Notes under the pieces: model-generated
Databases searched by the model: none
Told to the model about the DNA's origin: nothing
What the model saw: the letters and a program-made list of their open reading frames with translations, nothing else
Shown here: positions 11,549 through 22,944 of the stretch, in pieces
Numbering within the stretch: the first letter of the stretch is position 1
Layout of the letters: every line of letters starts with the position of its first letter
Program-made: the position numbers and the translations under genes
Origin: Podarcis muralis
Lineage: Eukaryota
Length of the DNA: 64,000 nucleotides
Direction: 5' to 3'
Assembly (NCBI RefSeq): GCF_964188315.1
Contig: NC_135664.1
Span: 74,896,001 to 74,960,000, forward strand

Positions 11549-13437
11549 AAGAGTGAAAAAGGATATTTTCAGAACTGATTACCAAACACAAAGTGTGGTC
11601 TTCCAAGGCTGCAAAGGACACTTGACATCTGCATATGTATCTGCCATCCTTTTAAAAAAATAAATCCACAAGCTGCCACGGAAAGTTCCTACAACATCTC
11701 ATGATTGTGGGCGTTCAATGGCTGATCAGGGGAGAAGACGAGAGGCACCGTGTGGAAGCATGGAAGGCAGAGCATGGATTAGTTGCAGTTTCCAGGTCAC
11801 CTTCAAAGGTAGCCCCACGGAGAGGGCATTGCAGTAGTCCGATCCAGCACAGAGCAAGCAGGTCTCTGTGAATCCAGCTTCCAGCCTGGTTCCAGCTCAG
11901 CTCTCACACCCCAACTTTTGCTGTTGTTCTCCTATCTAGCAGCTAGTTGAGGGGGGGGGGGGTGAAGGAAAGCCTGGAGGGCCCCCTCACTTAGTTATAG
12001 CTCTTGAAAACTGGCTCACTCCTTTGGGCTCACTCCTTATTCACCCTCTTGAATTTGTCTTATGCTTTATTTTGTTTTAGATTTAGCCCCTTGTTTGGCT
12101 ACTGAAATATTGTTCACCTGCTTATCTAGTTGGTTATATGTTTTACCATTTGAGGGTTGTCACCCGAGGTTCCCTTGGGAGGAGGAAGGGCAGGTTCTGA
12201 ACTTAATAGATCAGCAATGTTGTGTCACCACGCTCCTTTTCTTCCATTAATATTTCTCTGCTTCTGTAAACTGTCAATCTTCGTGCAACTTTTTGTAGTC
12301 GGCAGTGGCCCTGCCTGTCATTTATTCTGGTTCACAGAATAAAATCAAAATACAAAACCACAAAATACAAAAAAACAACAACCCAATAGCACCCCCCAAA
12401 AAACCCCCACCACATTCTAAGAGGGCATAGGATGTAAATCAAATCAACCAAAGGCCTGGTTAAAAAGGAACGTTTTTGCCTGGTGCCTAAATGAAGGCGC
12501 CAGGTGAACTTCCCTGGGGAGAGCATTCCACAAACAGGGAGCCACTACAGAGAAGGCCCCGTTCTCAGGTTGTCACCCTCTGGAGGAGGTACATAAAGAA
12601 GGGCCTCAGAAGATGATCTCAGAGTCCTGGTAGGTTCATATGGAAAGAGGCAGTCCTTGAAGTAGTGTCATTTGCCTTGAGATATTGAAGAATGACATTG
12701 GGGTGTCGGCAGAAGCACCTGTAAACTTGGCCACACCTTACGGTCTTGTTTTGCTTTTGATTTCCAAGTAACAATTTCCTAGAATCACAGAATCAAACTT
12801 GGAAGGGACCCCAAGGGCCATCTAGTCCAACCCCCTGCAATGCCGGAATCTCAGCTAAAGCATCCATTTGGTGGGAAGACAGTGGGGCTGGGTGCCTGGG
12901 CCTTGAGGGGAACTGGGGTAACCCAACAGACATTCAACACACAACACAAAGATGTCAGAAGAGGAAGAGGAGCCCCGTGCCCTCTTCCCAGCCATGTCTG
13001 CATTGGACAAAATTTCCAGAATGTTTGCTGGCTTTAGGATCAAAGGAGATTCCTCTTCTGAGCATCTGTTCTCGGCTGCTTTTATGAGGTTGTTTTTAAA
13101 CAGGCGGCTGATACGGTGGTGCCGTTCTGGGTCTGCTAATATCATGTTTTCATGACTGCACTGTGTGGACCCTTGTTTTGATGTGCTGGCTAACTTTAAG
13201 GCTTTGGGAATGCTTCAGAGTTCCAGACTGTGTTTTGTATTGTTGCCATGCGGGAGATTATCCCCAAATGCAGGCTAAAAAGCTATGAAGTGAAGAAATA
13301 ACCTGCATTATTAGCTGAGTCACTCGCCTGCAGCTTAAGGTCATCGTCAATTAAAAGGGCAGATGATATCGCTCCCATGCCATAGAAGGATCTCCAAGAT
13401 GGCTTACTCATAAAATGTTTTATTATGTTTTTATATA

Positions 13438-14040
13438 TGTTATAAGGAAAAAAACCCTGCTCCTTTTCCCTTATGGGGTATCCAAGAGCCTGTATAGAGT
13501 CCTTAAGTGGGTTCCCTATCGGTAGGAGAAAATAACAGAGGCCAAGCAGAGAATGTTGAGAAGCAAAGCGGCTAGTGAGCATGTTCTTTATTAAACTGTT
13601 GCAACAAGGTCCTCCCTCACCACACGCAGGAGGGAGGAGAACCCCAAACAATGGTGCACAAGCCCTTATATAGACTTCTGAAATTGCCCACCCTGTAGCC
13701 CAAGACCACCTCCCTAAAGCATGAAACATACATCACAGAAGGAGGCAGTCTCCAGCAGAAATCGTGTTTGTCAGGATACCTGATAATGGTCACTGATTGC
13801 TTCACCTGGGCAGCCCGCCCATTCGTTTGTGATGGTTAACACTTTTAGTGCCTGAATCCAGGTCACAGGCTCCATACACAAATGTGGCCTTAAGACATGA
13901 TTTGCAAGCAAAAAGACAAAGGAGAAATATATTGAGGTCAATTTGGGAGAGTCAAAATGGCTTCAGGATTGCTCTCCTGTACTATTTCAGACACGTGGTT
14001 TATATATGTATGTCTTTGCCTTTTACATTTATGAACTTTA
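13438..14040 (-). mobile_element. Solo LTR-like element, same family as 6715-7290, inverted
   Basis: Its reverse complement shares ctatataa...ttgttgcaacagtttaataaaga...actagccgctttgcttctc...ttggcctctgttattttctc...aaggactctata...ccccataaggga with the first copy. Confidence 0.6.
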
Positions 14041-14162
14041 TATATATATATTTGGGACCTTGGAATTCTTATAAAATATATTCTTATAAAATATATGTTG
14101 GAAGCTGCCCCGAGTGGTTGGGGCAACCCAGTCAGATTGGCGGGGTATGAATAATAAAATTA

Positions 14163-14195
<33 letters not shown>

Positions 14196-14437
14196 AGATG
14201 TCCCTATTTTCATTTGGGGAAATGCTGGAGCGTATGCTTGTGAATCTCAGAATGACTGGCAGTGGCCGGGATATATCTGTGTGCTGAGGTCAAGCGCCTC
14301 CTCCCAGGTCGCAGTTAGTGCAAAAAAAAAAAAAAAAGGTACCTGTCAGGTTTGCAGGTGGTTGCTCACGAGTAAACAGCCAGGACTCCGACCTGCTTTT
14401 TACAGGTTTTATTTAGTGCAAACTATGTACAGTGTAA

Positions 14438-15160
14438 GGACGCGGGTGGCGCTGTGGGTAAAAGCCTCAGCGCCTAGGGCTTGCCGATCGAAAGGTCGGC
14501 GGTTCGAATTCCCACGGCGGGGTGCGCTCCCGCTGCTCGGTCCCAGCGCCTGCCAACCTAGCAGTTCGAAAGCACCCCCGGGTGCAAGTAGATAAATAGG
14601 GACCACTTACCAGCGGGAAGGTAAACGGCGTTTCCGTGTGCTGCGCTGGCTCGCCAGATGCAGCTTGTCACGCTGGCCATGTGACCCGGAAGTGTCTGCG
14701 GACAGCGCTGGCCCCCGGCCTCTTGAGTGAGATGGGCGCACAACCCTAGAGTCTGTCAAGACTGGCCTGTAGGGGCAGGGGTACCTTTACCTTTACCTTT
14801 TATGTACAGTGTAAAGGGACGCAGGTGGCGCTGTGGGTTAAACCACAGAGCCTAGGACTTGCCAATCAGAAGGTCGGTGGTTCAAATCCCCACAACGTGG
14901 TGAGCTCCCGTTGCTCGGTCCCTGCTCCTGCCAACCTAGCAGTTCGAAAGCATGTCAAAGTGCAAGTAGATAAATAGGTACCGCTCCGGTGGGAAGGTAA
15001 ACGACATTTCCGTGGGCTGCTCAGGTTCGCCAGAAGTGGCTTAGTCATGCTGGCCACATGACCCGGAAGCTGTACGCCGGCTCCCTCGGCCAGTAAAGCG
15101 AGATGAGCACCGCAACCCCAGAGTCGCCCACGACTGGACCTAAGGGTCAGCTGTCCCTTT
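14438..15160 (+). mobile_element. Two tandem Sauria SINEs of different subfamilies (14438-14800, 14815-15160)
   Basis: TSD tatgtacagtgtaa at 14424 and 14801, with a diverged third copy at 15161. Confidence 0.9.
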
Positions 15161-16461
15161 AATGTACAATGCAGAAACCCAAAGTTCATGTTTGTCTCAG
15201 TCACTTGCAGATTCCAGGAGTGGCCTCTTCCTGTACCCCCCCCCCAGCATAAGAACTTAGACACCCCAAATCTCCGCCTCCCCTCCTGACGTTTGACCCC
15301 CTTGCGAAAACTGGGTGACCGAAGCAGCATGTCTGTTTCCCATCCAGCCTGGCTGAGCACGGTGCTTCGGCTCACAGTACCGTCTGTGAGCCTTTGCCTC
15401 GCTTTGCCCCTCCTTTCCCCCTCTGCTTCGCCAGAGGTGTGACTCTCTCCACTGCCTGACCAAGTGCTACTGCTCAGCGACTTTGGAGGCTCCCTGTGCT
15501 CTTCTGCCCCCCTCTCCCCTTTCGATGGCAGTACCCTGACAGTACCATTTGGCAGGCTACAAAGTAGGACTCTTGACTATAAGGAAGGAGGGCAATGACC
15601 CATGTGGTCCCAGGTCCTGTTCTCACAGTGGCCAACTAGGTACCCATCATGGGAAACCTGCAAGCAGGATTCAAACCCAAGACCCCTCTCTCGTCCTGCA
15701 GTTTCCAGCAGCTGGTGTTACTCGGAGACATACCAGCTCCAACCACGGAGGAAGAACATAGTCGTCTTGGCTACTAGCCGACATAATAGGTGCATCTTCT
15801 AAACTCTGAAGTTACAGGTGGTAGATGGAAGGGGGGGGGACGCTTCCTAGATATCACTTTCAGTCAACAAAGGCCTGGTTACTTGGGGATTTGAAGAGCA
15901 AACATCCCTGCTCCTTCAGAACTGTCTGTTGGACAATAGGGATCCTTATCCCTAGTGTTTACTCTCTGATAACACTAATGCCATCCAAACTTTCTCCAGA
16001 ACCAAAGCTTTCTTCTGAGCCTACTCTGCAGCTGTGCTGATGGCACCAGAAGGCATATCAAAGGTTCGGTGGTTTAAGGAGGACTCCCAGAGGTCTTGTA
16101 AAATGTTCCTGTAGGAGGGAGGAGATATCTGTCCAGCTGTCAGGAAAGATGAAAGCTAAAACCATCAAGAGAGAAAAGGATCTGAAGGAGGTTAAAAAAA
16201 GTGACTCCTGATGTACACATTGAGTGAAGAACACGTCATCTATAGGAATAAGCAACCTGAAATACCTCCTGGAATATCAGAAGGTTGTCAACTATGCCCC
16301 GAGGAAGGTGGAGTTAATCTCTAGCAAGGACCATCAGGTTTGCCGCTGCGTTTATTATGTGACAACAACAGTCTTCTTTTGACAGCAGGCAAATCTGATG
16401 GCAGACTAGGGCTGGATGTACCATGAAGCAAAATAAGCGCGGGCTTACGGCATCAAGGGAA

Positions 16462-16823
16462 GGGACACGGGTGGCGCTGTGGGTAAAAGCCTCGGCGCCT
16501 AGGGCTTGCCGATCGAAAGGTCGGCGGTTCGAATCCCCGCGGCGGGGTGCGCTCCCGTTGTTTGGTCCCAGCGCCTGCCAACCTAGCAGTTCGAAAGCAC
16601 CCCCGGGTGCAAGTAGATAAATAGGGACCGCTTACTAGCGGGAAGGTAAACGGCGTTTCCGTGTGCGGCTCTGGCTCGCCAGAGCAGCGATGTCACGCTG
16701 GCCACGTGACCCGGAAGTGTCTTCGGACAACGCTGGCCCCCGGCCTCTTGAGTGAGATGGGCGCACAACCCTAGAGTCTGTCAAGACTGGCCCGTACGGG
16801 CAGGGGTACCTTTACCTTTACCT
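16462..16823 (+). mobile_element. Young Sauria SINE
   Basis: Perfect 17-bp TSD ttacggcatcaagggaa at 16445 and 16824. Confidence 0.92.
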
Positions 16824-17425
16824 TTACGGCATCAAGGGAAATGGGGCAGCACATACCGTATTTTTCCGTGTATAAGATGCCCCCCCCCATTTGGGGGGAC
16901 TGAATTTAAAGAAAGTGAGGGGAGATGGCCCAAAGTTGTTGCACTTTTTAAAGGGGGAATTGCATGTGCACCATCTCCCAGCAGACCTCCTCTCCAGCAT
17001 AACTGGACAGGTTCTGGGGTTTGTCTTTGCCCCTCCCCTCACCAAAGAACTGCTAAAAAATAAGGTTCTCAGGTTTTATTTCCCCTGGTGATTTCTCCTT
17101 TAGTCAGAGAGTGTGTGCTGGTCCCGTGGGTTAACTGTGAGGCAAGGTCCGAGTCCAGTCTGAGGTCGAAGGTGCAGGATGGAGACAGTCTGTCAAAGCT
17201 GAGTGCATCACCAGACTCTGATCTGGCTCTGCTGTCCATCATATGGGACTTGTCCACACCTCAGCTTAATGTGGATCATGAGCCCGTTGCACCTGCTTCC
17301 ATTCCTCCTCTGCAACAGCTGCTGCCCCACACGTTCTCCTCCACTGATCTGGAGAGTCCCTGCATGGTGAAAATTTGAATAGGAGAGCTTGGGTCCCCAA
17401 GGGTGAAAAGGAACAAGTAGGGAGA

Positions 17426-18232
17426 CTTTGGCCACCTCATGAGAAGAGAAGACTCCTTGGAAAAGACCCTGATGTTGGGAAAGATGGAGGGCACAAGGAG
17501 AAGGGGACGACAGAAGTTTGGTCAGACTCATATTTGTAGCTTCAAGAACACCGTCCAACCATCTTGTCCTCTGTCGTCCCCTTCTTGTGCCCTCCATCTT
17601 TCCCAACATCAGGGTCTTTTCCAGGGAGTCTTCTCTTCTCATGAGGTGGCCAAAGTACTGGAGTCTCAGCTTCAGGATCTGTCCTTCCAGTGAGCACTCA
17701 GGGCTGATTGCCTGAAGAATGGATACGTTTGATCTTCTTGCAGTCCATGGGACTCTCAAGAGTCTCCTCCAGCACCATAATTCAAAAGCATCAATTCTTC
17801 AGCGATCAGCCTTCTTTATGGTCCAGATCTCACTGGGAAAACCATGGCTTTAACTATACGGACCTTTGTTGGCAAGGTGATGTCTCTGCTTTTTAAGATG
17901 CTGTCTAGGTTTGCCATCGCCTTTCTCCCAAGGAGCAGGCATCTTTTAATTTCGTGACTGCTGTCACCATCTGCAGTGATCATGGAGCCCAAGAAAGTAA
18001 AATCTCTCACTGCCTCCATTTCTTCCCCTTCTATTTGGCAGGTGGTGATGGGCCCAGTGGCCATGATCTTCGTTTTTTTGATGTTGAGCTTCAGACCATA
18101 TTTTGCGCTCTCCTCTTTCACCCTCATTAAAAGGTTTTTTAATTCCTCCTCACTTTCTGCCATCAAGGTTGTGTCATCTGCATATCTGAGGTTGTTGATA
18201 TTTCTTCCGGCAATCTTAATTCCAGTTTGGGT
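17426..18232 (-). mobile_element. Bov-B (RTE) LINE fragment including RT motif YADD, with a terminal inverted duplication
   Basis: GIKIAGRNINNLRYADDTTLMAESEEELK and RVPWTARRSN...[30 protein letters not shown]. Confidence 0.9.
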
Positions 18233-18549
18233 TTCGACAAATAAAATAAAACCTACATACAGAAACAGTGTTTTTGTGTTTTGTGGGCTCCTATTTTTTA
18301 TGTGCAAATGGCTTTAGATACCTATTAGGTCCATCAATGACCATATAGCTTATATTCAACACAAAAAACAGCAACCATTTGTTGTTGACAAAGGACAGCT
18401 GGACATATCAAGGGCCCCATGACCTTCAGGAGCTTAGGGCCTCATCAAACCGAAATCCGGCCCTGGGCATATGGGAACCTTGGGCCCGGACTCTTGGGCA
18501 CCATCCATTCCAGGGAGGAAAGAGAAAACCCAGAATGTCATTCTACCAT

Positions 18550-18624
18550 GTGTGATGTCATATTGGCTGCAAGCTGATTGGCCAGACCCCAAAAAGACAG
18601 TTTGTGATGTCGCGAGCAATGGGA
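18550..18624 (+). promoter_or_regulatory. Proximal promoter module of acrosin-like A (CRE-like site, inverted CCAAT/Y-box, second CRE-like site)
   Basis: GTGTGATGTCATA-N10-GCTGATTGG-N19-TTTGTGATGTC..GAGC..TGGGA. The same module lies upstream of paralog B. Confidence 0.65.
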
Positions 18625-18662
18625 AGAGCTGGTGGAACCCGTCACGCGCTGCGCCATGTAGG

Positions 18663-21600
18663 ATGTTGTGGCTGCTTCTCCCCATTTTGGCTCTTTCCGC
18701 ATTGTGGTCCACGCATGCAGAGGATGAGACATGCACGTAAGTGACCCCAGAATCAGGGAGAGGGTGAGGAGGACCTGTCCGTCCATCACAGCTAGCCCCA
18801 GTGGTGTTCTGGGGCCTCCATGGCAGTCTGCTAGTGAACAAATAAAGCCTTTTCCAGGCGCACAACAGAGAGCCAGTGTGGTGTAGATGTTAGAGGGCTG
18901 CACTATGATCTGGGGGATCAGGGTTCATATACCCCAGGGGTCAGCAAACTTTTTCAGCAGGGGGCCAGTCCACTGTCCCTCAGACCTTGTGGGGGGCCGG
19001 ACTACATTTTTGGGGGGAAAGAAAGAACGAATTCCTAAGCCCCACAAATAACCCAGAGATGCATTTTAAATAAAAGCGCACATTCTACTCATGTAAAAAC
19101 ACGCTAATTCCTGGACCGTCTGCAGGCCGGATTGAGAAGGTGATTGGGCCAGATCCTGCCCCTGGGGCTTAGTTTGCCTACCCATGATTTACCCCCTACT
19201 TGGCCATGGAGCTCACTGGGTCATCTTGGGCCACACACTGTCTCTCAGCCTAACCTACCTCACAGGGTTGTTGTGAGGGAAAGAGCTATATATACACCAT
19301 CTTGAGCCCCTTGGAGAACAGGTGGGAAATAAATGCAAAAACCCTTTTAATCTGCCCTGCTGACCTGACTATTCTCCTGCTGATGATGGATGCTTCCGAT
19401 CTGAGCTGGCTGCTCTCTTGATCTGCTCTTGTTTTTAAAACTATTTCTGTGTTTTGACATTGCATGCATTTGGCTTCATTATTGGATTATTATTATTTTT
19501 TTAAAAAACCAATGTTGTTAGTTACTGCTGTGGCTACCCGAGGGGCAGAGAGACAGGGTGGAAAATTGCTTAAGCATAAATTAGAACGTAGTTATCCTCA
19601 GAATATGCAGTTATTTTAATTGCATTTTCATGCACGAGCATTCAAAATGCATTTACAGTTTTGATATCCCAAAGATGCTTTCTATTTATAACCTCAGTGA
19701 GAAAGCTTTAAATAATTCAGAATCGCATTTCTGTTCCATATAATTAGTAAAAGGACAGCAGAGCCTCTCAGATTGCTCTTGACGGTACCATTTTGCCTAC
19801 ACGGAATGGCAAGATACCATCTTTTTGCTGCAAGACTCGGGGCAGATTAAAGAAAGGACTTCTTCACACAGGGCATAGTTAAACTATGGAACTCCCTGCC
19901 ACAGGAGAGGCAGCAATGGCTTTAAAAGAGGATTAGACAATTTATGGAGGGGAAGAAGGCTATTGATGGCTACTAGCCAGGATGGCAATGTTTCTGAGTC
20001 TTCTTCTTCTTTGGCAATCCCTCGTGGCCAAGTAAGATTGTTTTCCATAAACACAGTTTTAAAAATGAGTCCATAAGTGACGCGGGTGGCGCTGTGGTCT
20101 AAACTTCTCCAAGTCTAACAGGGTCCCTGTCGTGTGGGGCTGCAGTTCTGATGTAGCCAGAGTGGTGTAGTGGTTAGGAGCGGTAGTCTCGTAATCTGGT
20201 GAACCGTGTTCACTTCCCCGCTCCTCCACATGCAGCTGCTGGGTGACCTTAGGCTAGTCACACTTCTCTGAAGTCTCTCAGCCTCACTCACCTCACAGAG
20301 TGTTTGTTGTGGGGGAGGAAGGGAAAGGGGAATGTTAGCCGCTTTGAGACTCCTTCGGGTCGTGATAAAGCGGGATATCAAATCCAAACTCTTCTTCTCT
20401 TCTTCATCCACTGGAATGGAGCTCATGAGCCACGATGCCTACGCAGCCTCACCTGCCTCCTCCCACCTGCACCTACAAACCGTGCCTTCCTTGTCTGTCT
20501 CCCTGATCTGCTCTCTTCTTCACAGGAGGGTGTGCGGAAGCCGCCCGCTGGCTATGAGCCACGGCAACTCGCTGAGGATCGTGGGCGGCTCCAACGTTTT
20601 GCCGGGGACATGGCCGTGGGTCGTCAGCTTCCAGTTCCCGACGAGCCAGGGGCCCAAGCACTTCTGCGCAGGCTCCCTCATCAACGCCCAGTGGGTCCTT
20701 TCCTCCGCTCACTGCTTCATGATCCAAAAGTAAGCAAAGCCAGGTAGACAAATCGGCCCGTTTCGACTTTACTCAGCTTCTCCCCATGCCCACATCAGTC
20801 AGAATGAAAATTCGCAAGCGTTTTCTGTATGAAGGTTCATCTAATGTTCCGATCTATAGGGGTATACTGTATTTTTCGCTCCATAAGACACACTTTTTTC
20901 CTCCTAAAAAGTAAGGGAAAATGTCTGTGCATCTTATGGAGCAAATGTGTGGTTCCTGGAGCCAAATTGCCCAGGGACAAAAAGCAGATTGTGCCCTTTT
21001 TTTTTAGAAAAAGGGAACGGGGGTTTGAAATGAAGCCGCTGAGCAGCTGATCGACAAGTGATTGGAGGGAGATAAGGGACGCTAGCGATAAAGGAGGCTG
21101 CCTGGGAGGAACAGCTGGTAGGTGGCAAAGAGGGAGATCCCTGGCCCCATCGTGCCTTAAATAGGGCAGGCCACGCCCCTGAGCCAGCCGATTGGCTGGC
21201 TAAGGTGATGACGTGGCCGGGAATCCCCCCAATTGCGCAGCGACTGGTTCCAGCCACCGCGCACGTGTCGGGGCCATGATGCCCGCAACCCCACCTCCTC
21301 CGTAGGGCGGAAGTGGCTTTGCCTAGCACCAATCATTCATAAATGACTTGGATGAAGGAATTGAAGGGATGCTAATCAGATTTGCACATGGCACCAAACT
21401 GGGAGGGGCAGCTAATACCACAGAAGATAGAATCAGGATTCAGGATAACTTTAACAAAATGAATTTCAACTGTGCCTTGACAGATGCACAAATATAGAAT
21501 GGGGGAACACAGGGCTTGCCAACAGTATAGGTGGAAAGGTTCTAGGTGTCTTAGTAGACCACAATAGTGTGATGCAGCTGTATCCACAGAAGTCTAGTGT

Positions 21601-22881
21601 TCAGTCCCCACCTGGAAACCTGTGTCCAGTTCTGTGCACCACAGTTTAAGAAGGATGTTGACAAGCTGGCAGGTGTACAGAGGAGGGCAACCAAGATGAT
21701 CAAGGGTCTGGAAACTAAGCCTGATGAGCAACGGTTGAAGGATCTGGGTATGTTTAGCCTGGAGAAGAGGAGACTGAGAAGTGATAGGATAGCCGTATTC
21801 CAATATCTGAAGGACTGCCACGCGGAAAACGGAGCAAGCTTGCTTTCTGCTGCTCTGGAGGACTTGAGTCAATGTTTTCAAATTGGAAGAAAGGAGAGTC
21901 TGACTAAACGTCAGGAAAAAACTTCCTGATGGTAAGAGCTGTTTGACAGCGGAAAAGACTTTCTCAGAAAGTGATGGACTCTCCTTCCTTGAAGGTTTTT
22001 AAGTAGAAGTAAGACGGCCAACAGTCAGGGATACTTTATCTGTGACTCCTGCATTGCAGAAGGCTGTCCAAGATGACCCCCGACGTCCCTTCCAATTCTA
22101 CAATTCTGTGATTCTCTGAAATCTCATTCTATGTCTTCCCTCCCCCCGCCCCCCCAGGTTTGTAAAAGTTGAGTATTTGAAGGTGCACATTGGCGTCACG
22201 CAGCGTTCCAACCCCGGCCCTGATGCCCAGGTCCGCTCCATCAAGAGAATCGTGGACCACGAACACTTCCGCCACGAGGGGTATCTCAACGACATCACCC
22301 TGATTGAGATGGACAAGCCGGTGGTCTGCAACGACTACATCCAGCCTGCCTGTTTGCCGGACGAGAACCTGGAGGTGGATTCCCTGACCCATTGCTACAC
22401 CTGTGGTTGGGGCATCACACAGATAAAGTGTGAGGACCACCCCCTTCCCCTCCCCACAAAGAGACGTGGTTTGCAGGGGCCTCTCGTGGTCCATTCTCCA
22501 TCACCCTGACATCCTCAGGTCTTGAGGTAGGGCTGGGAGTCAGCCAGCCTCTTGCGATCAGGATGCGTCCCTGCTGGGAGTTTCAGAAGCGAAGGCGAGG
22601 AAAGGAAGAGGGATTGAATTGTTGCTTTGGAGACTCTTAAGGACCTTAAGCTGAGCACAGGGATTGGGGGAGGGGGGAATAGCATAACAGAGGGCAGCAC
22701 TTTTGCAGAAATTGGAGGGAGAAGTCCAAGTGTGGGGGACCTGCAGTCCCCCAAATGTTACTGGACTACCATCCCCATCAGCCTTGGGCATTGGTTGGGG
22801 CTGATGAGGTCCAAAAACATCTGGAGGTCCATGCATCCCCCACCCTTGTACTAATCTCTTAGTCAATGGATTATTGCTGTT

Positions 22882-22944
<63 letters not shown>

